This document shows, one piece after another, positions 27,944 to 39,343 of a stretch of 52,159 bases of DNA. The DNA lies in the IMG/VR virus record IMGVR_UViG_3300022689_000138, positions 1 to 52,159 of that record; one strand, 5' to 3'. This DNA comes from a virus. Its lineage: Duplodnaviria; Caudoviricetes. Each line of letters opens with the position of its first letter. The stretch's first letter is position 1. The notes under the pieces were generated by a model that was not told where the DNA came from, did no database searches, and saw nothing but the letters and a program-made list of their open reading frames with translations. Position numbers and translations under genes: made by a program.

Positions 27944-29083
27944 ATGAAACAAAATGAAAACAGTGACGAGCTAGATATGAGCTTGTTTGCAAATGCTGAT
28001 CTAGAATTAAACTTAGATTTAGATCCAGTAGATTTAAAAAATCTAGAAGAAGAAGAAGGTGGTACTCCACCTGATGTAGATCCAAAAGAGGATCCAGAAG
28101 AAGATCCAAAAAAAGATGAAATTATCAGTGAGGAGGAGACTCCAGAGGAAGTAGCTGAGGAAGAAGGTGAAGAAGAAGAGGGTGATGATCCAAAAGACGA
28201 TTCTCCCAATTTATATTCTTCCTTTGCAAGTGTTCTAAATGAACAAGGCTTATTACCCTCTCTTGACCTTCAAAAAGATAGTATTCAAACTGAAGAAGAT
28301 TTAGTAAATGCTGTAAAATCAGAGATATCAAATCAAGCAAAACAGTATTTACTAAGTAAAGTAGGAGAGGATGGTTACGAGGCATTGGAAAAAGGTATTT
28401 CTTTAGCTGAATATCAACAGTATCAAAATACTGTTAATTCGTTAGAAAATATTAATGAAGATACTCTAACTGAAAATATTGATTTAGCTAAAAAGATTAT
28501 TTTACAAGATTATATTAATCAAGGAATGTCTGAATCTAAAGCAATGCGTATTTTAAACAAATCTGTAGATTTAGGAGAAGAATCAGTATTAGAAGATGCA
28601 AGAGACTCTTTAGAAAGTTTAAAAGCATTTGAGCAACAAAGACTAGCTAAACAAATAGAAACTAGACAAGCTGAAGAACTTGCTCTAGCAAAACAACAAG
28701 AAAAAATTGACAACGACTTAAAAAATGCTATTTATAATAGTGAAGAGTTAGTACCTGGTCTGGGTAAAGTCAATAAAAATATGCAAGACAAAGTGTATCA
28801 GAGCATCACTAAAATTGTAGGTGAACATAATGGGGTTGCTGAGAATAAGTTAATGAAAACTAGAAGAGAAAACCCTATTGACTTTGATACAAAATTATAT
28901 TACCTATTTGAGTTAACTGATGGATTTAATAAATTCGATAAAATAGTTAACAAATCTACTTCAAAAGCATCTGAAAAATTAGAAAGAGCTTTAAGATCAA
29001 ATAAATTTACTGGAAGTGATAGACCAGCATTTTTAGACGATAAAGAAAGTTATGGTGGAATAGGTTCTGAATTAGTATTTTAA
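27944..29083 (+). CDS. Acidic scaffold-like head assembly protein
   Basis: Very acidic N-terminus, coiled coil, directly upstream of the capsid gene. Confidence 0.65.
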   Translation: MKQNENSDELDMSLFANADLELNLDLDPVDLKNLEEEEGGTPPDVDPKEDPEEDPKKDEIISEEETPEEVAEEEGEEEEGDDPKDDSPNLYSSFASVLNEQGLLPSLDLQKDSIQTEEDLVNAVKSEISNQAKQYLLSKVGEDGYEALEKGISLAEYQQYQNTVNSLENINEDTLTENIDLAKKIILQDYINQGMSESKAMRILNKSVDLGEESVLEDARDSLESLKAFEQQRLAKQIETRQAEELALAKQQEKIDNDLKNAIYNSEELVPGLGKVNKNMQDKVYQSITKIVGEHNGVAENKLMKTRRENPIDFDTKLYYLFELTDGFNKFDKIVNKSTSKASEKLERALRSNKFTGSDRPAFLDDKESYGGIGSELVF

Positions 29084-29115
29084 TCAAAAATAAATAAACA
29101 GAAATTAATTAAATT

Positions 29116-30627
29116 ATGAGTATTGGTAAATTTGTAATGACCAAAGGTAAAGCTTGGTCAGGATTAACACTAAAGAATCATATTGGTGCTATTTTTGGTA
29201 GTCAACCGCAATTAGTTTCGCCATTGACTACTGTTCTTTTACAGAACTCTGGGATGAAAAACTTGGATACTACGTTATCACTTTTCCCTGAGAAAGTACT
29301 AGAATCTGCCGACGATTTTGTTTGGAAGGTTGTAGGTAGTGATGAGCGTAATATTGCACTTGTGGCTGCTGAGTACCAAGGTTCTGTAGTACAGTCTAGC
29401 GATTCAAACGTTGGGGCTGGTAGAACTGTAATTGACCTAATCTTTGCTGAGAAGTACTTTACTAAAGTACAAGTTATTGGTGGTAATAAGCCTGACTTAT
29501 ATCAGTATCGTATCTTAGGTGAACCAACAGAAGATGGAGGTAACTATCGTTACCAAGTAGAAATTTTTGGAGGTCAAGAAACTTTAGGTGGTGTACCTGG
29601 AAGTGACTTAGTATCTGGAGTTAGATTTAGTGTTGAATCAGCTTATGTTGAGGATGAACTATCTACTGAAGGTGCTGGTATTGCATTCACATCTCCTTAC
29701 TTACTTAGAAATAGTGTATCTACACTACGTTTTGAGCATAAAGTATCAGGGGCAATGATTGATTGTAAAGTTAAGCCAGTTTTCTTTACAGGTATTGAGA
29801 CTAGAGACCCAGACAGTGGTAAAGTTCATTCATCCGTAACTTGGATGCAGGAAGTATACTGGCAGTTTGAAAAAATGATGTCAAGAGTAAAAGCTCGTAC
29901 ATTAATGTTTGGTAAAACTAACAGAGATGAAAACGGACGCTTTTTAAATAAAGGTAAATCTAACATTGAAATCAAAGCTGGTTCTGGTATTAGAGAGCAA
30001 ATGGAAGTTAGTAATACTACTTCTTATAACCGCTTCTCTATTGCTATGCTAGAAGATTTATTATCTGAGTTATCAGAAGGTAAATTAGATTTTGGTGAAA
30101 GAAAATTTATGCTAAGAACTGGAGAGCGTGGTGCTATCCAATTCCATAGAGCAGTAACTAACGAAGCATCTGGATGGACTTCTGTAGGATTTGATAATAC
30201 AAATCAAAATGCTATTCAATCAACAAGTAGCAAATTCCACAGTAATTCATTCTCTGCTGGATTCCAATTTACAGAGTGGAAAGCTCCTAATGGTATCCAT
30301 GTAATGTTAGAGATCGACCCAATGTATGATGATAAAGTAAGAAACAAGATATTCCATCCAAATGGAGGTGTAGCTGAGTCTTATCGTTATGATATCCTTT
30401 ATATTGGATCTATGGAAGAGCCTAATATCCAAAAAATCAAAGTCCGTGGTGATGATGAAATGAGAGGATATAAAGCAGGTATTAGAGACCCATTCTCTGG
30501 TAGAAAAGGTGGTATTATGCAGCATATGGAAGATTCTGCTATCATGACAGCAATGTGTGGTACAGGAGCAATGGTTAAAGACCCTTCTAGAACTGCTACT
30601 CTAAAACCAAATCTTTTAGCAGCTTAA
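29116..30627 (+). CDS. Major capsid protein
   Basis: 503 aa, position after portal and scaffold, followed by a terminator; resembles crAss-like MCPs. Confidence 0.85.
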   Translation: MSIGKFVMTKGKAWSGLTLKNHIGAIFGSQPQLVSPLTTVLLQNSGMKNLDTTLSLFPEKVLESADDFVWKVVGSDERNIALVAAEYQGSVVQSSDSNVGAGRTVIDLIFAEKYFTKVQVIGGNKPDLYQYRILGEPTEDGGNYRYQVEIFGGQETLGGVPGSDLVSGVRFSVESAYVEDELSTEGAGIAFTSPYLLRNSVSTLRFEHKVSGAMIDCKVKPVFFTGIETRDPDSGKVHSSVTWMQEVYWQFEKMMSRVKARTLMFGKTNRDENGRFLNKGKSNIEIKAGSGIREQMEVSNTTSYNRFSIAMLEDLLSELSEGKLDFGERKFMLRTGERGAIQFHRAVTNEASGWTSVGFDNTNQNAIQSTSSKFHSNSFSAGFQFTEWKAPNGIHVMLEIDPMYDDKVRNKIFHPNGGVAESYRYDILYIGSMEEPNIQKIKVRGDDEMRGYKAGIRDPFSGRKGGIMQHMEDSAIMTAMCGTGAMVKDPSRTATLKPNLLAA

Positions 30628-30642
30628 TTGTAAAAGATATAT

Positions 30643-30680
30643 AAGTATAGGGGGTCTATATGACTCCCTTTACTTTATTT
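30643..30680 (+). terminator. Rho-independent terminator
   Basis: AGGGGGTC-TATAT-GACTCCCT then a T-rich tail. Confidence 0.75.
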
Positions 30681-30706
30681 AATTTAAATTATAAAAGGGA
30701 GAAAAA

Positions 30707-31558
30707 ATGGAAGAAACAACTAAAAGTGCTTTTACTTTACCACATGAAAAAGTAATTGTAAAATTTATTCCTCGTAAGAGAGGCATGGCAGCCAATGTTG
30801 GTAAGAATCATGTTATATCTGGAGGACTATTAAACAAAGCAGTGATTAAATATCAAGCACCTATCCAAAGAAATGGTAAGATTGCTAATGTTTTAACTGC
30901 AGAAGAAAAAGAATACTTAGAAAGAGTAACTGGTTTAAAATTATCAGTATATAACGACTTTTTCTATGATTTCTTTGTAACATTAAGAAAAGATGATTCA
31001 AGTAATCATTTTGATCTATCTGATCCGATGGATTATATTTCTTATAAAATTTTAATGGCTACTGAAGAAGTTGCCCCTGATTGGGAATCTAGAAACTTAG
31101 ATCAAGTATATAAGTTTGCTATTACCAGAGAAGGAGAAGTTAAAGAAGAGAAAAAGAAAGGCTTGGATGATAAAATGGAAGCTTTTAAAATGTATGGTAA
31201 AATTGAAGATGATCATGAAAAACTTCTATCTGTACTAAGATTAGTTTCTAATAGAGCTATTGCTAAATCAACTAAACTAAAATGGTTACAAGCAGAAGTT
31301 CAAACTATTGTTGATGAGCAACCTTCTAAGTTTTTATCAGTTATTAAAGATAGTAACTTTGAAATTAAAAGCATGTTAAATAAAGCTATTGATGCCAAAG
31401 TTGTAATCAAAGAGGGTAATCAATATGTTACTGTAGACGGTTTACAACTATGCAAAAACGGTGAAATAGCAACATTTGATACAGCTGTTAGATTTTTAGC
31501 TGAGGATAAAAACCAAGAAGTATATCATCTTATCCAAGCAAGACTAGAAGATAAATAA
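30707..31558 (+). CDS. Conserved capsid-module protein
   Basis: 283 aa directly after the MCP. Confidence 0.7.
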   Translation: MEETTKSAFTLPHEKVIVKFIPRKRGMAANVGKNHVISGGLLNKAVIKYQAPIQRNGKIANVLTAEEKEYLERVTGLKLSVYNDFFYDFFVTLRKDDSSNHFDLSDPMDYISYKILMATEEVAPDWESRNLDQVYKFAITREGEVKEEKKKGLDDKMEAFKMYGKIEDDHEKLLSVLRLVSNRAIAKSTKLKWLQAEVQTIVDEQPSKFLSVIKDSNFEIKSMLNKAIDAKVVIKEGNQYVTVDGLQLCKNGEIATFDTAVRFLAEDKNQEVYHLIQARLEDK

Positions 31559-32298
31559 TGACAAATCTAGAATTCAGTAACGAGTTTGATATTAGATATA
31601 ATAGTATAGCCAGTAATGCTGCGCCTAACTTAGATTTATATGAAAAATCTGTATATCTAACAAGAGCCCAATTGCAAATCATTAAAAACTATTTTAATCC
31701 ATTAGGTAATAAATATCAAGATGGATTTGAAGCAAGTAGTAAAAGAAGAAATGATTTAAATCAATTAATAAAAGGCGCAACCTCTGTTACTGAAATTAAT
31801 CTAGATGAAGGAATTTCAACTAACTCTCAATTTTTTAGAATTAATAATGATGTGTTTATTATTTTACAAGAAAAAGCAGAAGTTAGTAATTCTGACAAAT
31901 GTGTAAATGGTACTGAGATTAGTGTCAAAGTAAAAACTCATGATGAGTATAATAACCAAAAAGATAACCCATTTAAAAGACCAGATAAGTCTGTTATATG
32001 GAGATTAGATTATCAAGATCAAGGTATTTATAAGAATGTTGAGTTAATATCACCTTACACTATAACAAAGTATAAATATAGATATGTACAGTATCCCAGC
32101 CCAATTATATTGACTGATTTACTGACGGAGTTTCCTGATGAATCTCTATCTATAGATAACATTACTAGTGAGGTAGAATGTGCTCTTTCTCCTAGTATAC
32201 ATCCAGAAATACTGGATAGAGCTGTAGAATTAGCTACTGCTGACTACCGAAAGGAAGACTTAGCAGCTAAAGTACAGATAAATAATAGAAATGAATAA
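31558..32298 (+). CDS. Putative tail ring/adaptor protein
   Basis: C-terminal ECALSPSIHPEILDRAVELA, similar to the end of the 51106 protein. Confidence 0.6.
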   Translation: MTNLEFSNEFDIRYNSIASNAAPNLDLYEKSVYLTRAQLQIIKNYFNPLGNKYQDGFEASSKRRNDLNQLIKGATSVTEINLDEGISTNSQFFRINNDVFIILQEKAEVSNSDKCVNGTEISVKVKTHDEYNNQKDNPFKRPDKSVIWRLDYQDQGIYKNVELISPYTITKYKYRYVQYPSPIILTDLLTEFPDESLSIDNITSEVECALSPSIHPEILDRAVELATADYRKEDLAAKVQINNRNE

Positions 32299-32323
32299 TA
32301 ATAATCAATAAATTAATTTTAAA

Positions 32324-33346
32324 ATGAGTGTATTTGGACCAAACCAAGTAGAAGAGCTTATTATTGGTAATGCGGTAGCTGCAGAAACTACCTTAGCTGA
32401 TTTTATAGCTTCTGCTTCAGACCAAGAGATTAAAATCCTTTCATCTGATGGAACTGCCCCAGCTGCTGGCGTAAACTTTAAAGTTCTACAAAAGACTGCT
32501 GGTAACAGTTCAAAGGGCTTAGACTATGAATTTTCAGACGTAGTAGAAGCTGATAAGGTAGAGGATGTAATCCTTAAAACGTATGCCCCAGAAGTACAGA
32601 AATCTGTACGTGTTGAGGGCTTTGATGGGAACCTTGTAGCTAACTCTACTTATGTAGTAGAAATTAGACTATTTCAAGATGGGGGAACTTTATCTCCTGA
32701 AAATTTTGCAATTATCTCTGGGTATTTTGTATCTGGTGCTACTGCCCCTGCTTCAGCTGCTGAAGTAAGAGATGGTATTGTAGCTTCTTTAAATTACAAT
32801 TTACAAAAAAGAGGGCAAGGAGAGTTTGTTATTACTACTCCTGATACTACTGAAACTGATATCCTTATTACAGGGGCATTTCAACCAGTAGTAAAAGGTA
32901 AAATAGTAGGTCGTCAAATTGAATTTGATGTTACTGCTAAAGTATTTGACAATGCTTCTATTGCAAGAGAAAACTTAGGTACTTTAAGTACTACTATTGA
33001 ATCTGGTAATAATCCAGGTGCAGGTACTGGTAAGTATGCTGTTAATCTTGAATGGTTTACTAAAGGCTATAAATATGAAGTTTATAGACAAACAGGTTAT
33101 CCTGTAGACTTTACTGAAAGAACTCCTTTTTATGCATCTGCTGATGGTGTATACAATGTAATTCATATTAAGTACAAGTCTAGCAGACGTTCTCCTTCAG
33201 TTGAGGAGCAACCAAAAGTAATTACTATTCTAGTAGATAAAGGCACTGATGTATTAGCTAACAACGCTGCTACTAATGCTGTACTAGCAGATCTTAGAAC
33301 TATTCTAGGAGCTGGTAATGTACCTGCTGATTTACCTGTAGCATAA
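32324..33346 (+). CDS. Putative auxiliary capsid/structural protein
   Basis: 340 aa, Ala/Thr/Val-rich, followed by a terminator; position in crAss-like capsid module. Confidence 0.6.
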   Translation: MSVFGPNQVEELIIGNAVAAETTLADFIASASDQEIKILSSDGTAPAAGVNFKVLQKTAGNSSKGLDYEFSDVVEADKVEDVILKTYAPEVQKSVRVEGFDGNLVANSTYVVEIRLFQDGGTLSPENFAIISGYFVSGATAPASAAEVRDGIVASLNYNLQKRGQGEFVITTPDTTETDILITGAFQPVVKGKIVGRQIEFDVTAKVFDNASIARENLGTLSTTIESGNNPGAGTGKYAVNLEWFTKGYKYEVYRQTGYPVDFTERTPFYASADGVYNVIHIKYKSSRRSPSVEEQPKVITILVDKGTDVLANNAATNAVLADLRTILGAGNVPADLPVA

Positions 33347-33375
33347 TAAAAAGGTAAAACAATTAATATTAATAT

Positions 33376-33410
33376 AAGGGGTGGAGGGAAACCTCTGCCC
33401 TTTTTTATTT
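33376..33410 (+). terminator. Rho-independent terminator
   Basis: AAGGGGTGGAGG-GAAA-CCTCTGCCCTTTTTT. Confidence 0.85.
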
Positions 33411-33419
33411 AAAATAAAG

Positions 33420-33950
33420 ATGCAAATTACACAATTTGAAATATCTTCTGATAGAAGTCAGATAGATGTGACTATTACGGATGCTGCTACTGTATCTACT
33501 TTAAGATTTTGGACAGATTCTACATATAAAGATTACAGTAAATCCATAGACTTGTCTTCAAAATTAACTGCATCTGCTACTGAAAATATCACTATAACCC
33601 TATCAGATGTAAGTTTACCTTTCTTTGATGGGGTTTATTTTTTAGAAGCTGAAGATCCAGATGAACTATCTAATGTAGCTGTAGCAGACCTTACAAGATA
33701 TAATGAGTGTTTAATTAATAAAGTAAAAGAAATTACTAATTGTAACACTTGTTTACAAGAAGATAATGAAGAATTACTATATTTAAACAGTTTAATACGA
33801 GCTTTAGAAATAGCTGTCAGCAAAGGATTTATAAATGAAATTCTTACATTTATAGATGCTATAAAAGTATTCTGCTCTAATGAATGTGAAAACTGTGGCT
33901 CATATGGTAATACAATAAATACAAATTATTATACTACTCCTAATGCATAA
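33420..33950 (+). CDS. Putative virion protein
   Basis: Start moved to ATG 33420 because the track start lies inside the terminator. Confidence 0.7.
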   Translation: MQITQFEISSDRSQIDVTITDAATVSTLRFWTDSTYKDYSKSIDLSSKLTASATENITITLSDVSLPFFDGVYFLEAEDPDELSNVAVADLTRYNECLINKVKEITNCNTCLQEDNEELLYLNSLIRALEIAVSKGFINEILTFIDAIKVFCSNECENCGSYGNTINTNYYTTPNA

Positions 33951-34920
33951 CGAAAAAGTATATATAGCTAGTATGAGTAAAGCTGTTAAAGCAGCTAAAA
34001 AATTAGGTAAATTTAATCCTAAAAGGGTTTTAATGTACGGTATGGTAGCTGACTTAGTAGAATTTATGACTAATGTTCAGCAATTAGGTAATACAGTATT
34101 TGATGAAGATATAGTAGAGTTTAAAAGATGCTTAGATAAATTACAAAATAGTACTAAGGATCTTTGTAACTATAAAGTAATAGTTGCAGATAACTCTAAT
34201 ATTAATGAAACTCAAAATTTACCACCTGTAGTTTTAAATCAATCAGAGGATCTAGAAGAAAATTTATCTTATACTTTTATTCTAGATGACTTCATAGCTG
34301 GTTTTTCAGATCCTAATGGTGATTCATATAAAAATTTAATTATAAATCCAGGAGCAAATGTAAATGGAGAATTGAGGTATAATAATATTATAATAGATTC
34401 TCCAATAACTATAAATATTAGTGGGTTATCACAACTAAGTACTATTGGTTTAACTTATGTTAGAACAACTAATGATATCTTTACAGAAGATTTTACATTT
34501 AGAATATCAGATAATAATACTAATTTTTTATATTCAAATTTAGCAACCTTTACAATGTTTAGTAATGTAGTTGCTGATACAGGTAATTTACCTCCTAATG
34601 ATATTGGAGATAATACTATATATGTTCCAAACAGGGCAGAAACTATTTTAACACTAACTATGTTCACTGCAGGCCTCACTCCTCCATATAATGATCCAGA
34701 AAATGATCTAATAGATGCTATTAAAATAGTAGATATATCTAATGCAAATAGAGGTCAGTATTTACTTGGGGGAATACCTATAACTGTTGGAACAATTATT
34801 ACAAGAGAACAAATATTAAATAATGAATTTACTCATGTTGCACCAGATGAAGATGCAATAGCTTCTGATGTATTTGAATTTGAAGCTAGAGATGAAGGTT
34901 CAGGAATATGGATAGGATAA
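33943..34920 (+). CDS. Virion protein with cadherin/Ig-like repeats
   Basis: NLPP...F(S/N)DP(N/E)xD repeats, shared with the 41006 protein. Confidence 0.65.
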   Translation: MHNEKVYIASMSKAVKAAKKLGKFNPKRVLMYGMVADLVEFMTNVQQLGNTVFDEDIVEFKRCLDKLQNSTKDLCNYKVIVADNSNINETQNLPPVVLNQSEDLEENLSYTFILDDFIAGFSDPNGDSYKNLIINPGANVNGELRYNNIIIDSPITINISGLSQLSTIGLTYVRTTNDIFTEDFTFRISDNNTNFLYSNLATFTMFSNVVADTGNLPPNDIGDNTIYVPNRAETILTLTMFTAGLTPPYNDPENDLIDAIKIVDISNANRGQYLLGGIPITVGTIITREQILNNEFTHVAPDEDAIASDVFEFEARDEGSGIWIG

Positions 34921-34921
34921 A

Positions 34922-35089
34922 ATGGCTTTATTTAATATAACATCTGCAAAAAATCCTGCAATAGGAAATAGAAATAGATTTCATATGGTATCTAATGAAA
35001 ACATGACTGTAGATACTATCGATAATACAGAACTAACAATATCACAACTAGAAATAACAGAAGAGCAGTGGCTCGGTAATGAAATATAA
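34922..35089 (+). CDS. Small protein (55 aa, not in ORF track)
   Basis: MALFNITSAKNPAIGNRNRFHMVSNENMTVDT...; fills the gap exactly. Confidence 0.6.
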   Translation: MALFNITSAKNPAIGNRNRFHMVSNENMTVDTIDNTELTISQLEITEEQWLGNEI

Positions 35090-35091
35090 TA

Positions 35092-38000
35092 ATGGCACAA
35101 GAAATTATTAATTTAGGAACACCTAATGGCCAAGATGGTGACTTTCATAGAAATGCATGGCTTAAAGCACAGAGTAATTTTAATGAGTTATATGCCTTGC
35201 AGTTTTTTACAGATAGAATTATAGCTGGTAGAGCTGCTTGGAGAGAGGGTCTTATTTTTGATGTATCAGTAGATTTATATGTATTTGATGGTCAAGTATT
35301 ACCTCCATCAGACCCTACTACTGGTGAGATATCTCCTATAGTAGCAGAAATAACTTTACCTGCTGCAGACCCATCTAACCCAAGGTTTGATATTATTACT
35401 ATAGATAATGAAGGCGTTATTTCTTTTACTGAAGGTACTCCAGCAGTAAACCCACAAATACCAAGTCCTGATTTTGATAGTCAGTTAGTTATTACTGAAG
35501 TACTTATACCAGCAGGAGCAACTGAGCCAGCAGGTGTATCAAAAATAACAATATTTAATGAAAACTTAGGAGAACCTACAGAATGGACTGCAACTGAAAC
35601 AACAGGTGGTACTAGAATTGATTTACAATCTACTGAAGACCCATCTTTAGGTACAAATAATATAGATGTATTTTTTGGTGTTAGAAATGATAGAATAGAT
35701 TTTATAAATGACATACCAGTTAACGTAGAAGACATGTCTGCGTTATCTTTAAAAATAAAAAAGAAATTTACACAGAACAGATTTTCAGTTAGAGTAAGAG
35801 CATTTAATGGTGCCAGAAGAGTATCTGGAAATATAAACATATCAAATAATAGATTTGGCTTTATAGATAGTTCTAGTGATTATCAAACTATATTAATATC
35901 AAAAGCAGATCTTAATTTAACTTCTGATGAAATAACTAGAATTTCAATAGATCTTAGAAATAATAACTCTCAGTGTTTTATTGATGATGTATCTATAGTA
36001 TTTGGAACACAAAATCCTGCTGGTACATTAGATCAAAATAATATACCTAAAGTAATAAGTAGAGTTGTAAGTAATTTAGAACCTGCTACTTTAGTTACTG
36101 AAATAAATGATGGTGATTCTTTTTTTATAGCAGATGACGAAGTTTTATTTGTAGAGTTTATTGATAATTCAGGGGATAGCCCTATTACTGAAGTATATGT
36201 TTTAGAAGGATTTGGTAAAGGTACTTATGGTACAGGAGGTCAAAATCAAATCAGTCAAAAAAATCTTAGAAAAATATCCAGACAAGTTACTCAAGAGGTA
36301 CCAGAAGTCACAGGTATTGACTTAGGAGGTCAACCTCAACAACTAATAGTATCTGGCTTTCTTAATGTATCAGGATCTATTACAACAGAGTTTGTAGGTA
36401 CTTATGATTTAATGCCTAATAAAGGTCGTATAAATCAATCAGGGGCTGATTACATTTTTGAAGAAGATGCACAATGGAATGGTTTTTATAGAGAAACTAC
36501 CCCTGGTAACTGGCAAGTAGCAATCAGAGTAGGATTTAGTGGTAATACTTGGATAATGGGTAATTACGATACTGATCCCACTACTTGGGCTACTTCTGAT
36601 CTAGTAGGTACTTCTGCTGATAAAGGAGTTTTAGCAACTGCCTCTCAAACTTTATCAGATGGTAGTTTTATACCATCTGCTTTAGACTCTAATGTAAGTT
36701 ATACAGAAGGAGGAAGTGGTGGAGAAGCTATTTTTAAACAAAAGGTAGACGATGTATTAGAATTTAAATCTATTGATGTATCAGGAGAATCTACTATTAC
36801 TAGTAATGGAAGTAGAATTTTAATTGATGTACCACAGCAAACTACTGCATGGGAAGATATAATAGGAAATCAAAAGTCAGTTACTTTAGAAGGATTTTCA
36901 GATAATACTGTTGTTAATTTAGATGCTAATTATTTTCCTGTAGTAAATGACGCTGAATGGAACGATATAGCTTTTGGTAATAATACTTATGTGGCTGTTA
37001 CTGGAAGTCCTATAACTGAGAATTTTTCTGCTTTAGATTATGTAATGACATCATCAGATGGAGAGAGTTGGACACCAAGAACTTTACCATCCCAAGTACT
37101 TCCAAGATCTGTAGCCTTTGGAAATGGAGTGTTTGTATTAGTAGGAACTGATAGATTTGATACAGTAACGCGTGTAATGACTTCTACTGATGGTATTACA
37201 TGGATAGAAAGAGCAGATACGTTAGGTAAAGATTTAGAAGGGATTACATTTGGAAATGGTTTATTTGTAGCTGTAAGTGATGAAAACAGTGGTGTAACTG
37301 GAGAAAGAGTCGTCACTTCATCAGATGGTATTACATGGACTGTAAGAACTGCTCCTGTACAACCTTGGACTGGTATAATATATGGAGATAATCTATATGT
37401 TGCTTATTCTTTTTTTCCTTCAAGTACACCAAATGTAAATGGTATTATGACATCTCCAGATGGTATAAACTGGACTCAACGAACTTTACCAAGTGCAGTT
37501 AGGATAAGTGATATGGCTTATGGTAATGGTACTTATGTAGCAACGCTTGATTCAGATGTCATTTTAATTTCTGAAGATAACGGAGTTAATTGGCAAGAGA
37601 TTACTTTACCTGTAGCAAATATTACTACAGTGACTTTTGGAAATGGTGTTTTTTTAGCATTTGCTGGAGATTACCAAACATTTAATACTATTCTTACTTC
37701 TAATGATGGTATAAATTGGACAAATTCATTTGACGCTGGTGGAGGATTAAGCATGAGAAGAGGTGTATTTGCACAAGATAAATTTGTTATAGTTGGATCT
37801 GAGGATAGTCTTGGTGGTGGTAATAACTCTAGTTTAGATGTAAATAATTTAGAATTTAAAGTTTTTGAAAACATTGTAAATCAATATAGAGTAAATGGAA
37901 TTCCAGTAACTCCAAGTAATAAAATTCTAGATATACCTATAGGACCATCGGGTATTAACGCAGTTGTTGAAGATACTTCCCCACAACTAGGTGAAAATCT

Positions 38001-38910
38001 TGATGTACAAGGTTTTAGCCTTTTTACAAATGAAAATGTTTTTGGCTTTACTGTTGATGCCGATAATAATAGTGCAGGGCAGTTTAGGTTTTCTTCAGGA
38101 CCATTACAAGTAGCATCAATTGGTAGAGGAGGAAATGAGGGAATTATTTATGTTGGTAATAGCTTAACCAACCGAGGACGCTTTGTGGCTTACGGTGATG
38201 ATTTTTTCTCTGGGGGTACGTTGCTTCTTCACAATAGTGAACTTAGAAACAATACCATTGGTGCTTGGAACATAGTTGCAGATGATGGATTAAGAATTCA
38301 GTCTGATTTAAGTACTAACCGACTTTTTCTAAAAAATACTGGACAATTACAACTTGACAATTATACACTGGATGCTTTCACAGGTACTGCTAGCAACTAC
38401 TTAGCGGTAGATGCCTCTGGAAATGTAATTACAGAACCAATTCCAAGTGGTGGAGGTAGCAGTTTTACTTATATAACTGAATCAGGTAGCCCTGGAACTA
38501 ATAACTTAGTTAATACTTTTGGTAATATTGCTGGAGGTAGAGCTGGGTTACTTATAGAAGATTATGGTGTAGGAAGTACTTCTAATATAATCAATGCAAT
38601 ATCTACTAATATACTTTTTCAAACAGATGATTTTGTAAATTCAATAACTATTTCCGCACCTAATACATTTGCAGGGATTAATGGAACAGGAGGAATAACT
38701 ATAGACTCTCCTAATTCTATTTGGATGGGTGATAATTCTGGAATGGGAGGTTTTCCAGTAAATCTTCATATAGATTCTGATAACGGTGAAATTGTTATTG
38801 ATGCTAATTTAACAACTCAAATAGTTAAAATAAATAACTTACCAACAAGTGACCCAGGTGTTTCTGGAGCTTTATGGAATGATGGTGGTTTTCTAGCTAT
38901 ATCACCGTAA
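35092..38910 (+). CDS. Tail fibre/receptor-binding protein with Asp-box beta-propeller
   Basis: 1272 aa; about six (I/V)xFGNGxFV...TSxDGxxW repeats at roughly 36950-37800. Confidence 0.75.
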   Translation: MAQEIINLGTPNGQDGDFHRNAWLKAQSNFNELYALQFFTDRIIAGRAAWREGLIFDVSVDLYVFDGQVLPPSDPTTGEISPIVAEITLPAADPSNPRFDIITIDNEGVISFTEGTPAVNPQIPSPDFDSQLVITEVLIPAGATEPAGVSKITIFNENLGEPTEWTATETTGGTRIDLQSTEDPSLGTNNIDVFFGVRNDRIDFINDIPVNVEDMSALSLKIKKKFTQNRFSVRVRAFNGARRVSGNINISNNRFGFIDSSSDYQTILISKADLNLTSDEITRISIDLRNNNSQCFIDDVSIVFGTQNPAGTLDQNNIPKVISRVVSNLEPATLVTEINDGDSFFIADDEVLFVEFIDNSGDSPITEVYVLEGFGKGTYGTGGQNQISQKNLRKISRQVTQEVPEVTGIDLGGQPQQLIVSGFLNVSGSITTEFVGTYDLMPNKGRINQSGADYIFEEDAQWNGFYRETTPGNWQVAIRVGFSGNTWIMGNYDTDPTTWATSDLVGTSADKGVLATASQTLSDGSFIPSALDSNVSYTEGGSGGEAIFKQKVDDVLEFKSIDVSGESTITSNGSRILIDVPQQTTAWEDIIGNQKSVTLEGFSDNTVVNLDANYFPVVNDAEWNDIAFGNNTYVAVTGSPITENFSALDYVMTSSDGESWTPRTLPSQVLPRSVAFGNGVFVLVGTDRFDTVTRVMTSTDGITWIERADTLGKDLEGITFGNGLFVAVSDENSGVTGERVVTSSDGITWTVRTAPVQPWTGIIYGDNLYVAYSFFPSSTPNVNGIMTSPDGINWTQRTLPSAVRISDMAYGNGTYVATLDSDVILISEDNGVNWQEITLPVANITTVTFGNGVFLAFAGDYQTFNTILTSNDGINWTNSFDAGGGLSMRRGVFAQDKFVIVGSEDSLGGGNNSSLDVNNLEFKVFENIVNQYRVNGIPVTPSNKILDIPIGPSGINAVVEDTSPQLGENLDVQGFSLFTNENVFGFTVDADNNSAGQFRFSSGPLQVASIGRGGNEGIIYVGNSLTNRGRFVAYGDDFFSGGTLLLHNSELRNNTIGAWNIVADDGLRIQSDLSTNRLFLKNTGQLQLDNYTLDAFTGTASNYLAVDASGNVITEPIPSGGGSSFTYITESGSPGTNNLVNTFGNIAGGRAGLLIEDYGVGSTSNIINAISTNILFQTDDFVNSITISAPNTFAGINGTGGITIDSPNSIWMGDNSGMGGFPVNLHIDSDNGEIVIDANLTTQIVKINNLPTSDPGVSGALWNDGGFLAISP

Positions 38911-38926
38911 GTCTAAGTATCCTTAT

Positions 38927-39343
38927 ATGAGAAATATTAAATTTTTATATTTTATTTTATTCATTTTAATGTCGCTACCATTAAATGCACAAAGACTTCT
39001 TGAAGAAGATAAGCAATTTCATTATGTAGCAACAGGATTGTTTGCTGTACCCACTTACTACTTCACAGTAGAGCAACTTAATCTAACTCCTTCTGAGGGA
39101 GTAATTGTTACAACAGCTTTAGGTGCATTAGGTAGTTGGGGATTTGAACATTTACAAAAAACCACAGGTAATGGTGTATATGATAAATATGACATCTTAG
39201 CAGGAACAGTTGGAGCATTTACAGGAGCTATGTTTGCTGAGGTTATTAGATATAAGCCAAGCTCTTACAAACAAAGGATGCTTAGAAAACAAAAAAGAAA
39301 AGAGAAAAGACTTAGAAAAAAACTAACTAAACATGAAAATTAA
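38927..39343 (+). CDS. Secreted/membrane protein
   Basis: Signal peptide, DKQFH motif, Gly-rich hydrophobic helices, basic tail. Confidence 0.65.
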   Translation: MRNIKFLYFILFILMSLPLNAQRLLEEDKQFHYVATGLFAVPTYYFTVEQLNLTPSEGVIVTTALGALGSWGFEHLQKTTGNGVYDKYDILAGTVGAFTGAMFAEVIRYKPSSYKQRMLRKQKRKEKRLRKKLTKHEN